Origin: a virus | Virus record (IMG/VR): IMGVR_UViG_3300029908_000004 | Coordinates: 43,458 to 107,457 of that record | Direction: 5' to 3' (one strand) | DNA length: 64,000 bases | In this document: piece by piece, positions 16,576 through 26,347 of the stretch | Layout of the letters: each line of letters begins with the position of its first letter | Numbering within the stretch: the first letter of the stretch is position 1 | Notes under the pieces: model-generated | What the model saw: only the letters and a program-made list of their open reading frames with translations | Told to the model about the DNA's origin: nothing | The model's database searches: none | Translations under genes and position numbers: made by a program

Positions 16576-16997
16576 TCATTGTTACAACTTTCTTTCTCAC
16601 GTGGTAACTTTATGATACCTTTTGGTTTATTAGATTTGTATTTAGTATTGAGTTCATCAGTACCCATACATATATAATGTCCATTAAGTGGATGTTCTGG
16701 TAATTCATCTAACATAGCCATAGCTAACCTATTGAAAATGAAGTCTTTAAGGTATTTAGATTTCTTCAATTTCCCTAAATTGTGAAAGCTATAGCCGAGT
16801 CTAGAGGAACCATTTGTTCTATGTTCCCATCTACGAAACATCTTACCATTAACTATCTTACCGTCTATCTCAGCTATGAATAGATGTTCAGCTCTCATTC
16901 CTGTACGTTGTATATAAGAATGGGCTAATATCTTTACCTTGTGACCATCTTTGGTAATGTACTTTTCTTTATTCATAATGAGGAATAAACTTTTCAT
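16566..16997 (-). CDS. hypothetical protein (143 aa), possible endonuclease
   Basis: Basic protein next to a tRNA; no firm motif. Stop codon overlaps the tRNA-Asn 5' end by 10 nt. Confidence 0.5.
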   Translation of the reverse strand: MKSLFLIMNKEKYITKDGHKVKILAHSYIQRTGMRAEHLFIAEIDGKIVNGKMFRRWEHRTNGSSRLGYSFHNLGKLKKSKYLKDFIFNRLAMAMLDELPEHPLNGHYICMGTDELNTKYKSNKPKGIIKLPREKESCNNDER

Positions 16998-17223
16998 TTG
17001 CTTCGTTACGTAATGTAACTCTACCAGTTAAACCAGATTTTACGCTGGTTAGGGTATAGACACCTTTAGTTTCAGATCTGGTTATAGTTACTTCCTCTTC
17101 TATATGGAAGGGTAGACGTTTGTAATAGTCCATGTCAACTATTATTTCCATTCCATTGTCACTTAATAGTTGAACTGTTACATCACCCATTGCACCTATG
17201 TACATTATTCCACCTATAAACAT
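16969..17223 (-). CDS. hypothetical protein (84 aa)
   Basis: Intact ORF. Confidence 0.45.
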   Translation of the reverse strand: MFIGGIMYIGAMGDVTVQLLSDNGMEIIVDMDYYKRLPFHIEEEVTITRSETKGVYTLTSVKSGLTGRVTLRNEANEKFIPHYE

Positions 17224-17230
17224 GTTGTAC

Positions 17231-17521
17231 CTACTGACGTTTCAACTCTACATCTTCAAGCCAGAACGTAACTGTCTGTAATACTTTTGTAAAATCATGA
17301 GTTATACTTGATACTCTTCCAATACCGTGACCTCTTTCACTAGGCATCGCATCAAACACTGCTAGTGAAACAGAATCTGGTATCGTAAATCTTAGATTAT
17401 CCCCAATTGCTGGTATGGCTTCAATTGTGGGCGTTAGTTCCGCTTCCATATATACACTTGAGTGTTTGTGATCGCTCTGCTTCCAACCAACAATGGCTTT
17501 CATATTCCCCCTATGCAACAA
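17231..17521 (-). CDS. hypothetical protein (96 aa)
   Basis: Intact ORF. Confidence 0.45.
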   Translation of the reverse strand: MLHRGNMKAIVGWKQSDHKHSSVYMEAELTPTIEAIPAIGDNLRFTIPDSVSLAVFDAMPSERGHGIGRVSSITHDFTKVLQTVTFWLEDVELKRQ

Positions 17522-17571
17522 ATCCCTCTAATTATAGAGGGATTGGTAGAGTTAACTCATCTACACCCTCA

Positions 17572-18177
17572 TTATTTACGCAAGTTCCCCCATACGCTTG
17601 AACTGGCGTTGAGATCGACGGTATTGTAGGTTTCCATTCCCATGTCTTTACTATTTAGTATAGTATGATTTTGTGTAAATTGGAAATCATGATAATCATT
17701 TACTAAATGTATGCTTGTGCCTTCGTACGCGGCGGTCTCTTTTAACCCGATAGCCGCACCAGAAAAGGTGAAATCTTTTACTATCAGTATATCAAGATCT
17801 TCATAAATTTCTGTCTGTACATTAACTATTTCATAGCTCATTCCTAATCTTGAGCTGTGGTCCTCTAATTCACGAACAACCAGTGGAAAGTTAACAGCAA
17901 ATATATAACCATATACCTTTACATAGGTTATATCGTCTTTAACTTCCAGACTTCCAAAGTTAATGATACCAACCGGTCTTTCCGCGTTATGAGAACGAAA
18001 GTCATAATTACAGTTGACTGGTGTTCCCTCCAAGGTCGGCAATGCCTTGATTGTGCCTGACTCTGTTAGGATAACCTTTTTACCGTTGGTTCCCTTTGGT
18101 GTTCTTGTTGAGACAACGCCAATAACTGTTAATATTCCTTCAAAATATCTCTTGTTAGGATGAGCTTCTGTGAGCAT
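17572..18177 (-). CDS. hypothetical protein (about 200 aa)
   Basis: Start trimmed to internal Met (MLTEAHPNKRYF). The N-terminal extension of the ORF runs over a structured tRNA-like intergenic segment. Confidence 0.5.
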   Translation of the reverse strand: MLTEAHPNKRYFEGILTVIGVVSTRTPKGTNGKKVILTESGTIKALPTLEGTPVNCNYDFRSHNAERPVGIINFGSLEVKDDITYVKVYGYIFAVNFPLVVRELEDHSSRLGMSYEIVNVQTEIYEDLDILIVKDFTFSGAAIGLKETAAYEGTSIHLVNDYHDFQFTQNHTILNSKDMGMETYNTVDLNASSSVWGNLRK

Positions 18178-18351
18178 TGTAACAGTCCTCAAGATTGGGA
18201 GCGGAGGTTGGATTTGCACCAAATTATGGGAGCGGGTTCTGGTAACGATCCAGCTTTTGGGCTTATGAGGCCCACGTAGCAACCTGTCTACTTACCCGCA
18301 TATTGTTTGTCTAAATCACTTCCGTTAGGAAGTGATTTTAGTCTTAGAAGT

Positions 18352-18627
18352 TTAGAGTAAATCGTCCTCTGTCCCTTTTGGACTTGATGGTACAATTGCA
18401 AATCTCTTATTTTCAATGAATCTATGAATAATTTCGTGGATCTGATCTGCATCTAACACGTCAAGGTCACCACCTTGAGTCCTTTGATGTACAGGACTTA
18501 GTGCTGTAGATATGTTGTTTATCTCTAAGTATCCAAAGGGTACACCGAAACGGAGTATTTCTACTCTTAGACACGTAGTTAAATGATAAGTTATCGTACC
18601 ATTCTTTAACTCTTCTTTTGTATTCAT
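18352..18627 (-). CDS. hypothetical protein (91 aa)
   Basis: Intact ORF followed by inverted repeat aatcacttcc-gtta-ggaagtgatt (18309-18333). Confidence 0.45.
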   Translation of the reverse strand: MNTKEELKNGTITYHLTTCLRVEILRFGVPFGYLEINNISTALSPVHQRTQGGDLDVLDADQIHEIIHRFIENKRFAIVPSSPKGTEDDLL

Positions 18628-18881
18628 TATTTCTTTACCACCAACACTACACTTAATGCATTACTGGATATACGTCTCCATTTAGCTTTGAGTGGGTCTG
18701 ATGCCTCTTCCCATATTTCGACAGAGCAAAATCCGTTAAATGCTGCTTCTGCAGCTTTTTCTATCACCGCTAGTAACATTTCTTTTGATACTTCTATCTT
18801 CAAAGAGCTTTCTTTTCGATATCTTTGTCACTTGGATAATCATCTTCTATACTTAGACTGAATTTTTTGTCTACCATAGTG

Positions 18882-19133
18882 TCACTTCTTCTTTTTTATT
18901 AGTGGTTCCAAGACAAGTCTGACTATTTTTATCCACAGATCTCTGTTGTATGGTGAACACTCTTGCCAATCGTGTTCAGAAAGACCAGTATGGCCCATAT
19001 ACGCTCTACGAGCAGCTTCTTCTATAAAATCCTCTACATTATCTACTACTAAAGATAATAAATCTTTGGCATTAACTACTTCCTTCTTAATAGGATAGTC
19101 TCGTTCTATCTCTAAACTGTTTTTATCTGCCAT
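18882..19133 (-). CDS. hypothetical protein (83 aa)
   Basis: Intact ORF. Confidence 0.5.
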   Translation of the reverse strand: MADKNSLEIERDYPIKKEVVNAKDLLSLVVDNVEDFIEEAARRAYMGHTGLSEHDWQECSPYNRDLWIKIVRLVLEPLIKKKK

Positions 19134-19452
19134 GGATCATTACACCTATTCTTAATCCTAAAGCTGTTACCTGTATTATTAAACAAGCAAAGAAAAGTAA
19201 AGCAGACCACCACATATCCCTTTGAATACACTTTCTCATACTTATTAGGGCAAGGACACTGAATGAACCACACCATACTATCCAAAATATGTTCATATCA
19301 TTCTTTCCACCACTCAGGTTTAACCTTCGCTAAGATTAGCGCAAGTGTACTTGGATACACAACAGCATGGTCTGATAGGATATCGTGGTTAAAGGTTAAA
19401 TAAGCTACTTCTTTAAAGAAGATTCTTAATAATCTTAACTCTTCTTCTTCTG

Positions 19453-19653
19453 TCATAACCCTACCTTATTGTGATATTTATTCTTATGGACATTTTCTTT
19501 CTGGTTACCTATATGATAATGCCCACAATCACAACCATAGACCAAGCACTTACAATCTGGGTCTTTCCTTAGCATCCCTCTCAGATGTGCTTTTGCTTGA
19601 CCTATGGTATCGTGACAATGCTTGTGTAATTGACAACTACAGGAGGTATTCAT
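19453..19653 (-). CDS. Cys/His-rich small protein
   Basis: CSCQLHKHCH...CKCLVYGCDCGHYH metal-binding-like. Start trimmed to avoid overlap with 19671-19901. Confidence 0.4.
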   Translation of the reverse strand: MNTSCSCQLHKHCHDTIGQAKAHLRGMLRKDPDCKCLVYGCDCGHYHIGNQKENVHKNKYHNKVGL

Positions 19654-19670
19654 AAACCCTCTTGATATGA

Positions 19671-19901
19671 TTATTTCAAAGAACTTTGTGAGGCAGGGAA
19701 TTTCCAACCATGCCCACACTCAACCCACCAAGCTGGTGAAGTAAGGTATTTGTCTCCATCTTTTGATACTGAATATTTGGAGAGAATGGTTACTTCTTCT
19801 CCTATAGATGGATACTTTACCTTATCGCCCACTTTCATTGTGCGAGTATTTACTTTGTTTTTCATTGAATCTCCAATCGGTAGAGCTTCCCGATTCTCCA
19901 A
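19671..19901 (-). CDS. hypothetical protein (76 aa)
   Basis: Intact ORF. Confidence 0.4.
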   Translation of the reverse strand: MENREALPIGDSMKNKVNTRTMKVGDKVKYPSIGEEVTILSKYSVSKDGDKYLTSPAWWVECGHGWKFPASQSSLK

Positions 19902-20138
19902 CTCTACATGGTTTTCTGTCCTTTCGGACTGGGCCGTAACCCTCGAAGCTGAAAAACCTCGTGTTCAGGATGGAGTATCATCCTACGATTAGATTAGTGA
20001 GGTCGCATCAGAGCCCTAATCTAATCTTCACTTAGCGTCTAATTTATTGATCGTATCTTTTCCGCCACGATTGGAGCATCTAAGGTGGAAATGTGAAAGC
20101 ACATTTTATGGTTGATGAGACCAACCACCTAAGACATT

Positions 20139-20369
20139 TTACTTCTTCTTCTTCTTTTCTTCCAATGCAACTTCCCTGATACGCAACTCATTGGGTTTGG
20201 TCCCAACATCAGTGATGTGGTCGCCAAGGTGCTTACGCAAGCCACTTCCCCTGCGCTTGGAATGAACCTGACCAGACGGATCAATCTTGCCACGATATTT
20301 CTTGTGGATCCCGTCAACTTTTGCTTCGTTTCTTTCCTGCTTCGGGTTGAACAACGTCAAGTCGGACAT
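20139..20369 (-). CDS. small basic protein (76 aa)
   Basis: Lys/Arg-rich with C-terminal KKKKK. Confidence 0.45.
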   Translation of the reverse strand: MSDLTLFNPKQERNEAKVDGIHKKYRGKIDPSGQVHSKRRGSGLRKHLGDHITDVGTKPNELRIREVALEEKKKKK

Positions 20370-20499
20370 AATTTCCCTTCTGTTGTTTAAAGTTTGTTGT
20401 AAAGGTTGTTTAAGGTTGTTATTTCTTCTTGAGCTGTGTGAGGCATCCCAATAAGATCTCTTAGTTCTCTTTCTTGTTTACATATTGGACAAGGTTGCC

Positions 20500-20574
20500 C
20501 CATAACGTAGCCATTTATACATAGGCTACAATTGTGGTAGGATTCGAACTCAGAGCCCATAGACACCTCGTATT
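20500..20574 (-). other. tRNA-like fragment (T-loop-like GAGTTCGAATC, 4-bp hairpin, D-like hairpin)
   Basis: Minus: ...CTGAG-TTCGAAT-C, CTAC-CACAATT-GTAG, TAGCC-TATGTATAAAT-GGCTA. T-stem does not pair canonically, so not a functional tRNA. Confidence 0.3.
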
Positions 20575-20651
20575 TGGTAGCTCCTCCTAGGGTCGAACTA
20601 GGCTATGCGGCTTATGAGACCGCCACTTTACCTACCATAAGTTAAAGAGCC
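20575..20651 (-). tRNA. tRNA with CAU anticodon (Met or Ile2/lysidine), CCA encoded
   Basis: Acceptor GGCTCTT/AGGAGCT, D-arm ACTT-ATGGTAGGTA-AAGT, anticodon arm GCGGT-CTCATAA-GCCGC, T-arm CCTAG-TTCGACC-CTAGG, discriminator A. Confidence 0.8.
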
Positions 20652-20887
20652 ACGCTTTCACTTATTTCTGCTACTGGGGTAGTCGTAATAAGTCTAATAT
20701 CAGTTCCTTCTGTAAGAGGAGGCCCCAAGATTTCTACTGGTTCGCCTATCTTAACATTCGAATGTGAGGTCATAACCCCGTCAGTAGTTCGTATGTTATA
20801 TTTAGTATCGCCACCTCTTATCCAAGTTCCGACCTCTTCATTTAATGTGTATTCCGCTCCAGATTCAGTCTTGAATTTGATAATCAT
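20642..20887 (-). CDS. hypothetical protein (81 aa)
   Basis: Intact ORF; stop overlaps tRNA 5' end by 10 nt. Confidence 0.45.
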   Translation of the reverse strand: MIIKFKTESGAEYTLNEEVGTWIRGGDTKYNIRTTDGVMTSHSNVKIGEPVEILGPPLTEGTDIRLITTTPVAEISESVAL

Positions 20888-20895
20888 AGTTTCCT

Positions 20896-21384
20896 TTAAG
20901 CGCGTAAACTTGCTTCCAAGAAATAGAGGAACTTTTCTAATCCTCTTACTAACCCAATATATACGTCTTGGGTTATTAGATCCCCATTCTCACTGGAGAC
21001 TTTCATACCTTTCCTCATTGCATTGGAAATGTCACTGATATAATCTGACATCTTTTCTATGTGGGTTCTACAATTGTCATCATAGATACCAGCGTAAGTA
21101 AAACCTTGACTATTGTTTGTAACCATCCAAGGTTTACCTTCTGGTACACCACCTAGAGCTGTTATTCGCTCGGCGATAGTATCGCTAGCATCTGCCATAT
21201 AATCATAGATTTGATCAAATAGTAGATGTGTAGGATGAAATCCATCCCCTTTCACATTCCAGTGTGCAAATTTTATATCCATTTGTGCCAGCATGGTATT
21301 AGCAAGATTCACGTTTAGATTGTCGACGATTACCTTGATCTTATCTTCTGGCACGTCAATGCGCGTCGTATACAATTCACTCAT
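20896..21384 (-). CDS. dps: Dps-family ferritin-like DNA-binding protein
   Basis: Dps signature: LNVNLANTMLAQMDIKFAHWNVKGDGFHPTHLLFDQIYD...TIAERITALGGVPEG... C-terminal WFLEA-like helix (KFLYFLEASL). Confidence 0.8.
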   Translation of the reverse strand: MSELYTTRIDVPEDKIKVIVDNLNVNLANTMLAQMDIKFAHWNVKGDGFHPTHLLFDQIYDYMADASDTIAERITALGGVPEGKPWMVTNNSQGFTYAGIYDDNCRTHIEKMSDYISDISNAMRKGMKVSSENGDLITQDVYIGLVRGLEKFLYFLEASLRA

Positions 21385-21396
21385 CTTACTTTACCT

Positions 21397-21810
21397 TTAT
21401 TCCTTAAGTGGATATATTTGATGTGCTTCTGTAGTTCCTTTTATCAACATTCTTCCTAGATGCTCAGAACAACTCTCTGTAATCTTACGCCCCGTTGAAT
21501 CAAGAACTTCGTATTCAGCTAACTGGTTACAAGGCAGTTGATCTGAATCAGTCCAGCGGCATAAGACCTGAGAGGAATTAGGGTAGCATCCACTTCCGTC
21601 ATTCTGTTTACAGAGTAGTTCGTATAACCCTCTACAATTACGTAGTATCCCTGTATGAAAGTCTTCTCTTCCACAAGAGCTACATACTAGCTTTGTACGA
21701 TAAGACGGGACAATAACCTGCTCGATTACCTGTCCTTCTGGCTCTGTTTCTTTTATCTTCTGTTCTACTTCCTGAGGAAGTACTTCTTCGTTCTCCATCT
21801 TTCTCCACAT
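21397..21810 (-). CDS. Cys-rich protein (137 aa)
   Basis: Multiple CxxC/Cx(n)C (CSSCGR...C..C...C...C). Confidence 0.5.
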   Translation of the reverse strand: MWRKMENEEVLPQEVEQKIKETEPEGQVIEQVIVPSYRTKLVCSSCGREDFHTGILRNCRGLYELLCKQNDGSGCYPNSSQVLCRWTDSDQLPCNQLAEYEVLDSTGRKITESCSEHLGRMLIKGTTEAHQIYPLKE

Positions 21811-21835
21811 CTATTGATATTGTTGGAATGTAAAT

Positions 21836-21910
21836 TGGTCGGCTCGGCTGGTGTCGAACCAGCGACCTAACCATTATGAGCGGTTGGCTCTACCGTTGAG
21901 CTACGAGCCG
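21836..21910 (-). tRNA. second CAU-anticodon tRNA (elongator Met or Ile2), CCA encoded
   Basis: Acceptor CGGCTCG/CGAGCCG (1-72 paired, so not an initiator), D-arm GCTC-AACGGTA-GAGC, anticodon arm AACCG-CTCATAA-TGGTT, T-arm GCTGG-TTCGACA-CCAGC. Confidence 0.85.
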
Positions 21911-21961
21911 TTTCCTATTTACATTATCACTTTAAATCACTAAGCTTCACGAGATCAGTAT

Positions 21962-22222
21962 TTACTTGAAATAAATAGCTCTATTTTCAGGTTGAATTTC
22001 TTCTTCTGGAATATCTAAACAATATCCTAATTCTTCTAGAGAATTACTTATGTCCAGCAGACGCTTTTTGTTATTTCCTACTCTTCCTCCTCCTCCAATT
22101 CTTCGGAGAATACCAGCTAAAACTTCAGCTTCTGCTGATGTTAAAAAAAGAGTAACACCTACTACTCTTTTTTCATATGTAGTTACTGGAACTTGTTCAA
22201 TCATTCTTTCTGCTTTTGCCAC
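21962..22222 (-). CDS. hypothetical protein (86 aa)
   Basis: Intact ORF. Confidence 0.45.
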   Translation of the reverse strand: MAKAERMIEQVPVTTYEKRVVGVTLFLTSAEAEVLAGILRRIGGGGRVGNNKKRLLDISNSLEELGYCLDIPEEEIQPENRAIYFK

Positions 22223-22234
22223 TTCTTATCTCCT

Positions 22235-22903
22235 CTAAATACCAACCATTTTCTGGACTTCTTCAGGAAGCATAGCAAGCCGCTCCTTGTTGATGGCTTC
22301 GTAGTCATACCCATCTTTGGTATCTGCCCAATGCAGAAGCCAGATAAAAGGCTGTTCCAACCAAGGATTGAGCAAAGTTCCGTGATTCCGTAGCTCTCGG
22401 ATGTGGAATCGTAATGCTTCTCGCCCATCGAAATCACCCGAGAAATTGAGCTTATCAATTGGGTAACTTGAGCACTTAAGATCACATCGAGCTTTGCTCA
22501 TAGCATCCACATCTTCACAGTACAGATTGAACAACAATGTTGAGCTATTGATGCCCACGCCATAAGTGTCAAACCGAAGGAGCATGCCATCTGGGTGGTA
22601 GTACACAAAAAACTTATCACCATCGTGAATAGAGCCACACTGTTCTGTTGATGGGATAGCTAGTTCCATCACCTTCTTGAACCCCTCCTCTTCAACAATC
22701 CGCTGGTAACGGTCCAGCTTATTGGAGAAAGTAGTATCATCAAGAGCTGTGAGCTCTTTTTCTAGCAAAGTGCTCTTTTTGCAGTACAAGAGGGAACCTA
22801 TTGCTCTAGCCTTCCCATCTGTCTTGTAGTCACCGCCGGTAATCTTCTCAGCAGCGCCAAGGGCATCGAATTCAAGTAATGCCTTCAAATCTTTGTCTTC
22901 CAT
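22235..22903 (-). CDS. hypothetical protein (222 aa)
   Basis: Intact ORF with coherent composition. Confidence 0.55.
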   Translation of the reverse strand: MEDKDLKALLEFDALGAAEKITGGDYKTDGKARAIGSLLYCKKSTLLEKELTALDDTTFSNKLDRYQRIVEEEGFKKVMELAIPSTEQCGSIHDGDKFFVYYHPDGMLLRFDTYGVGINSSTLLFNLYCEDVDAMSKARCDLKCSSYPIDKLNFSGDFDGREALRFHIRELRNHGTLLNPWLEQPFIWLLHWADTKDGYDYEAINKERLAMLPEEVQKMVGI

Positions 22904-23193
22904 GATAAGCCTCTTCCTCTAGCGCATAATCAGAATGATTATGATCCAAAACATCAGAGAAATTCCTGATGCTATGATTAAACCAGCAATTGAATTGCTA
23001 ATCCTTGGATAACTCATTTCAGTTTATTCCTAAACTCTTTTTCAAGCTCCAGAAGGTACGAAGCAGCATGTTCTCCAGTAAAGCCTTGATCCAGTAAGAA
23101 GTCCATAGCTGCAAGATAGCTCAACCATTCAACTCCAAACCAGTATTGAAACCCTGTAGGAGTAGACATTGCTTTGTCCATAAACAAGACCTC

Positions 23194-23439
23194 CTAGTAC
23201 CTGATTTTGATTGTGATCACTTCCCCGGGAAGGAGCAAGCGAGCTCTGAGAGGGCAACTTCCTTCCCACACCTCAGATGGATCTGTAATAGACACTATGT
23301 CTCCACCATAGACTTTGGTGACAATATGCTTTCCACCACGGTAATTTTCAAGTAGGATCGCATACTGCCCTACTAGGAGAGAAGATGCATAAAAGTCTTC
23401 CTTCTTTGGTGCAGGCGTGAGTGTGATTTCATGATACAT
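23194..23439 (-). CDS. hypothetical protein (81 aa)
   Basis: Intact ORF. Confidence 0.45.
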   Translation of the reverse strand: MYHEITLTPAPKKEDFYASSLLVGQYAILLENYRGGKHIVTKVYGGDIVSITDPSEVWEGSCPLRARLLLPGEVITIKIRY

Positions 23440-23489
23440 GATATCTCTCCTATGATAAGGATACTTTCTTTTCGAATGTTTGACGTATT

Positions 23490-23519
23490 TTCAACCGATC
23501 TTCTTCTTTCTAGTATAGT
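23490..23519 (+). promoter_or_regulatory. candidate sigma70-type promoter for plus-strand moron
   Basis: TTCAAC (-35), 18-nt spacer, TATAGT (-10), about 60 nt upstream of the AGGAG SD of the 23580 gene. Confidence 0.3.
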
Positions 23520-23579
23520 TATCCTATACTAAATAGTGATAGGAAGTAAGAAATAACTTCCCCTAGGAGAATTCAAACT

Positions 23580-24311
23580 ATGGCTATTGCCGCAAAAACT
23601 TTCGCTGGTAAGGTGAATCTGGACAGTACTGCAAGTACGCTGAACGTCCCGTTCGTTACTGCCTCTGGTGACGCCGTTGTAGTTTACGTCGCCGTTAAAT
23701 CGGCGAATGTCACAGTTCTAAGTGTTACAGATACCGCTGGAAACGTTTACGTTAAGAAAACATCAGGAACCTCTAAAAACGCTGTTCATGATTATAATAG
23801 CAATATAGCTGGTGACACCGTTGATGACTTAGTATCTTATGATGATGCTATAGACGCAGAAGCATGGGTAACAGTCGCTAGTGCTACAGCAGCTTCCTCG
23901 CTAACTGTAACCCTAGTAAGTGGTTCTACATGTGCTGTAGCAGTTCAGTCGTACACTGGCGCTAATGTCGCTGTCGCTACTGCTTTCCCACAAGCCGCTT
24001 TCGTTTCCTTAACAAAGGGGTCTACCCCTACAAATACTCTAACTGGAATGACTAGTACCAGTTACCTATCTGCTTGCTACGCATCTTGTGTTGGCTTGAA
24101 CCAACTAACCCCCAGAGCAGGAACACTACGTCAAGAAGTAACTGCTTCTAGTGCAGACAAGTCTATCACACTTGTTGTGGTTGATAATATAGTTACTGGT
24201 ACTTCTAGTACTGTTACACTAGCTCCAGCTTCGGAAATAGATTCACCTGATGGAATTTCAGAACCAGTTCCAGAGGGAGTTGCTGTTTGCTGTGTTGAAG
24301 TTCACGTCTAA
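23580..24311 (+). CDS. Ala/Thr/Val/Ser-rich beta-rich protein (243 aa), plus-strand moron
   Basis: AGGAG SD. Composition typical of Ig-like/beta-sandwich surface or decoration domains. Opposite strand to surrounding genes with its own terminator. Confidence 0.65.
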   Translation: MAIAAKTFAGKVNLDSTASTLNVPFVTASGDAVVVYVAVKSANVTVLSVTDTAGNVYVKKTSGTSKNAVHDYNSNIAGDTVDDLVSYDDAIDAEAWVTVASATAASSLTVTLVSGSTCAVAVQSYTGANVAVATAFPQAAFVSLTKGSTPTNTLTGMTSTSYLSACYASCVGLNQLTPRAGTLRQEVTASSADKSITLVVVDNIVTGTSSTVTLAPASEIDSPDGISEPVPEGVAVCCVEVHV

Positions 24312-24330
24312 TTTTCTTCGTAATTAAGAC

Positions 24331-24366
24331 AAAACATCCTCAGACTTAATCTGAGGATGTTTTTTG
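24331..24366. terminator. rho-independent terminator (bidirectional-capable)
   Basis: Stem acatcctcaga/tctgaggatgt with loop cttaa, followed by TTTTTT and preceded by AAAA. Confidence 0.8.
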
Positions 24367-24378
24367 TGATAAAGATTA

Positions 24379-24633
24379 TTAGAATCGTGTTGGTATACCG
24401 TTTTGTACAGTTGTACTCTCTTCATCTTCTAGCTCAATCCTTTGACCAGAGTCTAGGTTGATAATAGCTACTAGAATATTAATTTCACGATCGTCTTTAC
24501 TAACTTCTCTCTCTAGGATAACTTGGACGGTATACCCCTGAGTAGTCCTATCTCTTATGGAAGTAATGTTAGTCCATCTACCGAGTACTGTATTTCCTAG
24601 ACTGGTGTCTTTTAAAACAAAAGTGTTATTCAT
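24379..24633 (-). CDS. hypothetical protein (84 aa)
   Basis: Intact ORF. Confidence 0.5.
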   Translation of the reverse strand: MNNTFVLKDTSLGNTVLGRWTNITSIRDRTTQGYTVQVILEREVSKDDREINILVAIINLDSGQRIELEDEESTTVQNGIPTRF

Positions 24634-24637
24634 CTAT

Positions 24638-25165
24638 TTACTCTTCTCTTGGAAGTGGAGAGTAAGCAAGTTCTTGCAACTCGTTCATATCTACCGCTTC
24701 GTTCTGTTCGGCGAAGTTTCCTTCGTCTATGATTTCAATATCCCCTTGTTTATCTTTCAATGTTTTACGCATTGAAGAACTTACATCTAACCACATCTTA
24801 ACATATGTTTCTTCTCTAGATATCGCTGGTGGGTTCTCTCCAGCACACCAACGAGAACAAGCTTCCATAGCTACATTACGTTGTATAGAGATGTCTAGTT
24901 CTAATCCTCTTAGTTGTTTGAATGTCTCAAAAGAAACCGTTTCTAGACCCTCTGGAATAATTTTGATGGTCCACTCTTTGGCACGTTCATCTTCTATATA
25001 CTCTTTACATATATCTTCTGCTGCTTCTTGAGCGTCTTTGCTAGTGCCGAATGTTAACCTAGAATCTAAATTCTGAGTTCTACGACCATCTGGATGTGAA
25101 GCGTCTACTATGAATCTCCAACGCCTCATCTTCCTTTTTGAGGCTTTACTCTTTGGTGTTGGCAT
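24638..25165 (-). CDS. hypothetical protein (175 aa)
   Basis: Intact ORF; basic N-terminus, acidic C-terminus. Confidence 0.55.
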   Translation of the reverse strand: MPTPKSKASKRKMRRWRFIVDASHPDGRRTQNLDSRLTFGTSKDAQEAAEDICKEYIEDERAKEWTIKIIPEGLETVSFETFKQLRGLELDISIQRNVAMEACSRWCAGENPPAISREETYVKMWLDVSSSMRKTLKDKQGDIEIIDEGNFAEQNEAVDMNELQELAYSPLPREE

Positions 25166-25674
25166 ATACTCCTAAATTTGGCTGGGATTGAAGGCTCCCA
25201 GCAAGCCCTTACTATTAGAATTAACTAGGATCAAATAGGTAATTGGCCTAATAGTAATAACTACACACATATTCCACGCTCTTGTTGGCGGCCCCGGAAA
25301 TCTGGACGATGTTCCCTACAGCGTTGCGGTCCCCAAACCGCTGCCAAATCCCGGTGAAACCAGTGTGTAGCAAAAGGTTAATTAACATCTACCGCTGTTT
25401 CTCCTCTCCCTCGATTAGCGGTGTCATCGAGGGGCAGGTTAATCTGAACCTTTACACGTTGGCTTACTATCAATGATAACGAGATTGGTCCCTGCAGGGT
25501 GTTCGTGCTTTTCGAGTACGTACCCTGTAGGACATTGCCACGTCCCCCAGCCATAATTGGTGTTGGGAAGAATAGCAGGCATATCATCATGATAGTTAAT
25601 CCATGTAGGTTCAACTGTTTGCTTGTCAATAATTTCACCATCTTCCATGCGGCGATTCCGCATACTGAAGACTA

Positions 25675-26331
25675 TTACATATTCTTCAGCAAATCTTCTG
25701 CGGCTGCCGTTGTCTCAGGATCTTCAGATGTAGTGACAGCTCCCATGGCACGGTTCAACTTCTCTGTGGCTATATCATTCTGTGCTCGCATGCGCCCTTC
25801 AACATCATCGACAGAGATATCTGCCCCACTGCCTACTAATCTACCCGCGTGCTCAAGAGCAGTTGCTGCATGAGTTTGAGCCTTCGAGGACTGATTTAGT
25901 GCCTCAAGTTCACGAACTTTGCTCAACATCTCTGCATGCTTACTGGTAATATTGGCGACTGAAATGTCCATCTTGTTCGATGTTTCCGTCTCTGAAATCA
26001 ACAAAGCCTGCTTGTTGGTTACTTCATTCTGTAACCGAACAATTTCCTTTGCTTTTTCCAAAGCCTGATCAGGATGCCCGTTGTTTTTCAGCTTCGTTGC
26101 TGTAATTCTGGAGGTCTCGATTTTTGCATTGAGATCGTCGATCTCACGCTTTGTCGTGTGAACTGTAGCTGCTGCTACCGCTGCTTCTCCACGTAGCTGG
26201 TCAAGAGCCTCTTCCAGATCCCTTACATACTGCCGAAGAGCAGATGGACTGTTAAGATCGATCACTTTGTCAAGTAGATCATGGGTCTCACCAAGTCCAA
26301 TCGTTCTGAGCTTGCTAAAAATTCCTGTCAT
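25675..26331 (-). CDS. pspA: PspA/IM30 (phage shock protein A family, ESCRT-III-like)
   Basis: N-terminus MTGIFSKLRTIGLGETHDLLDKVIDLNSPSALRQYVRDLEEALDQLRGEAA parallels the PspA opening MGIFSRF..IVNANINALLEKAEDPQK..R..I.EMED.L. Long coiled-coil, 219 aa. Start trimmed to this Met (purine-rich SD). Confidence 0.8.
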   Translation of the reverse strand: MTGIFSKLRTIGLGETHDLLDKVIDLNSPSALRQYVRDLEEALDQLRGEAAVAAATVHTTKREIDDLNAKIETSRITATKLKNNGHPDQALEKAKEIVRLQNEVTNKQALLISETETSNKMDISVANITSKHAEMLSKVRELEALNQSSKAQTHAATALEHAGRLVGSGADISVDDVEGRMRAQNDIATEKLNRAMGAVTTSEDPETTAAAEDLLKNM

Positions 26332-26347
26332 TGCCTTTCCCTTCTTC

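Noticed and set aside
18180-18300. tRNA gene in the 18.2-kb intergenic segment
   Set aside because: Only partial T-arm/acceptor-like pieces (tgggagcgg...gatttgcacc); no complete cloverleaf could be built.
20575-20651. Initiator tRNA-fMet assignment for either CAU tRNA
   Set aside because: Both have a paired 1-72 position and lack the three consecutive G-C pairs in the anticodon stem, so they look like elongator Met or Ile2 rather than initiators.
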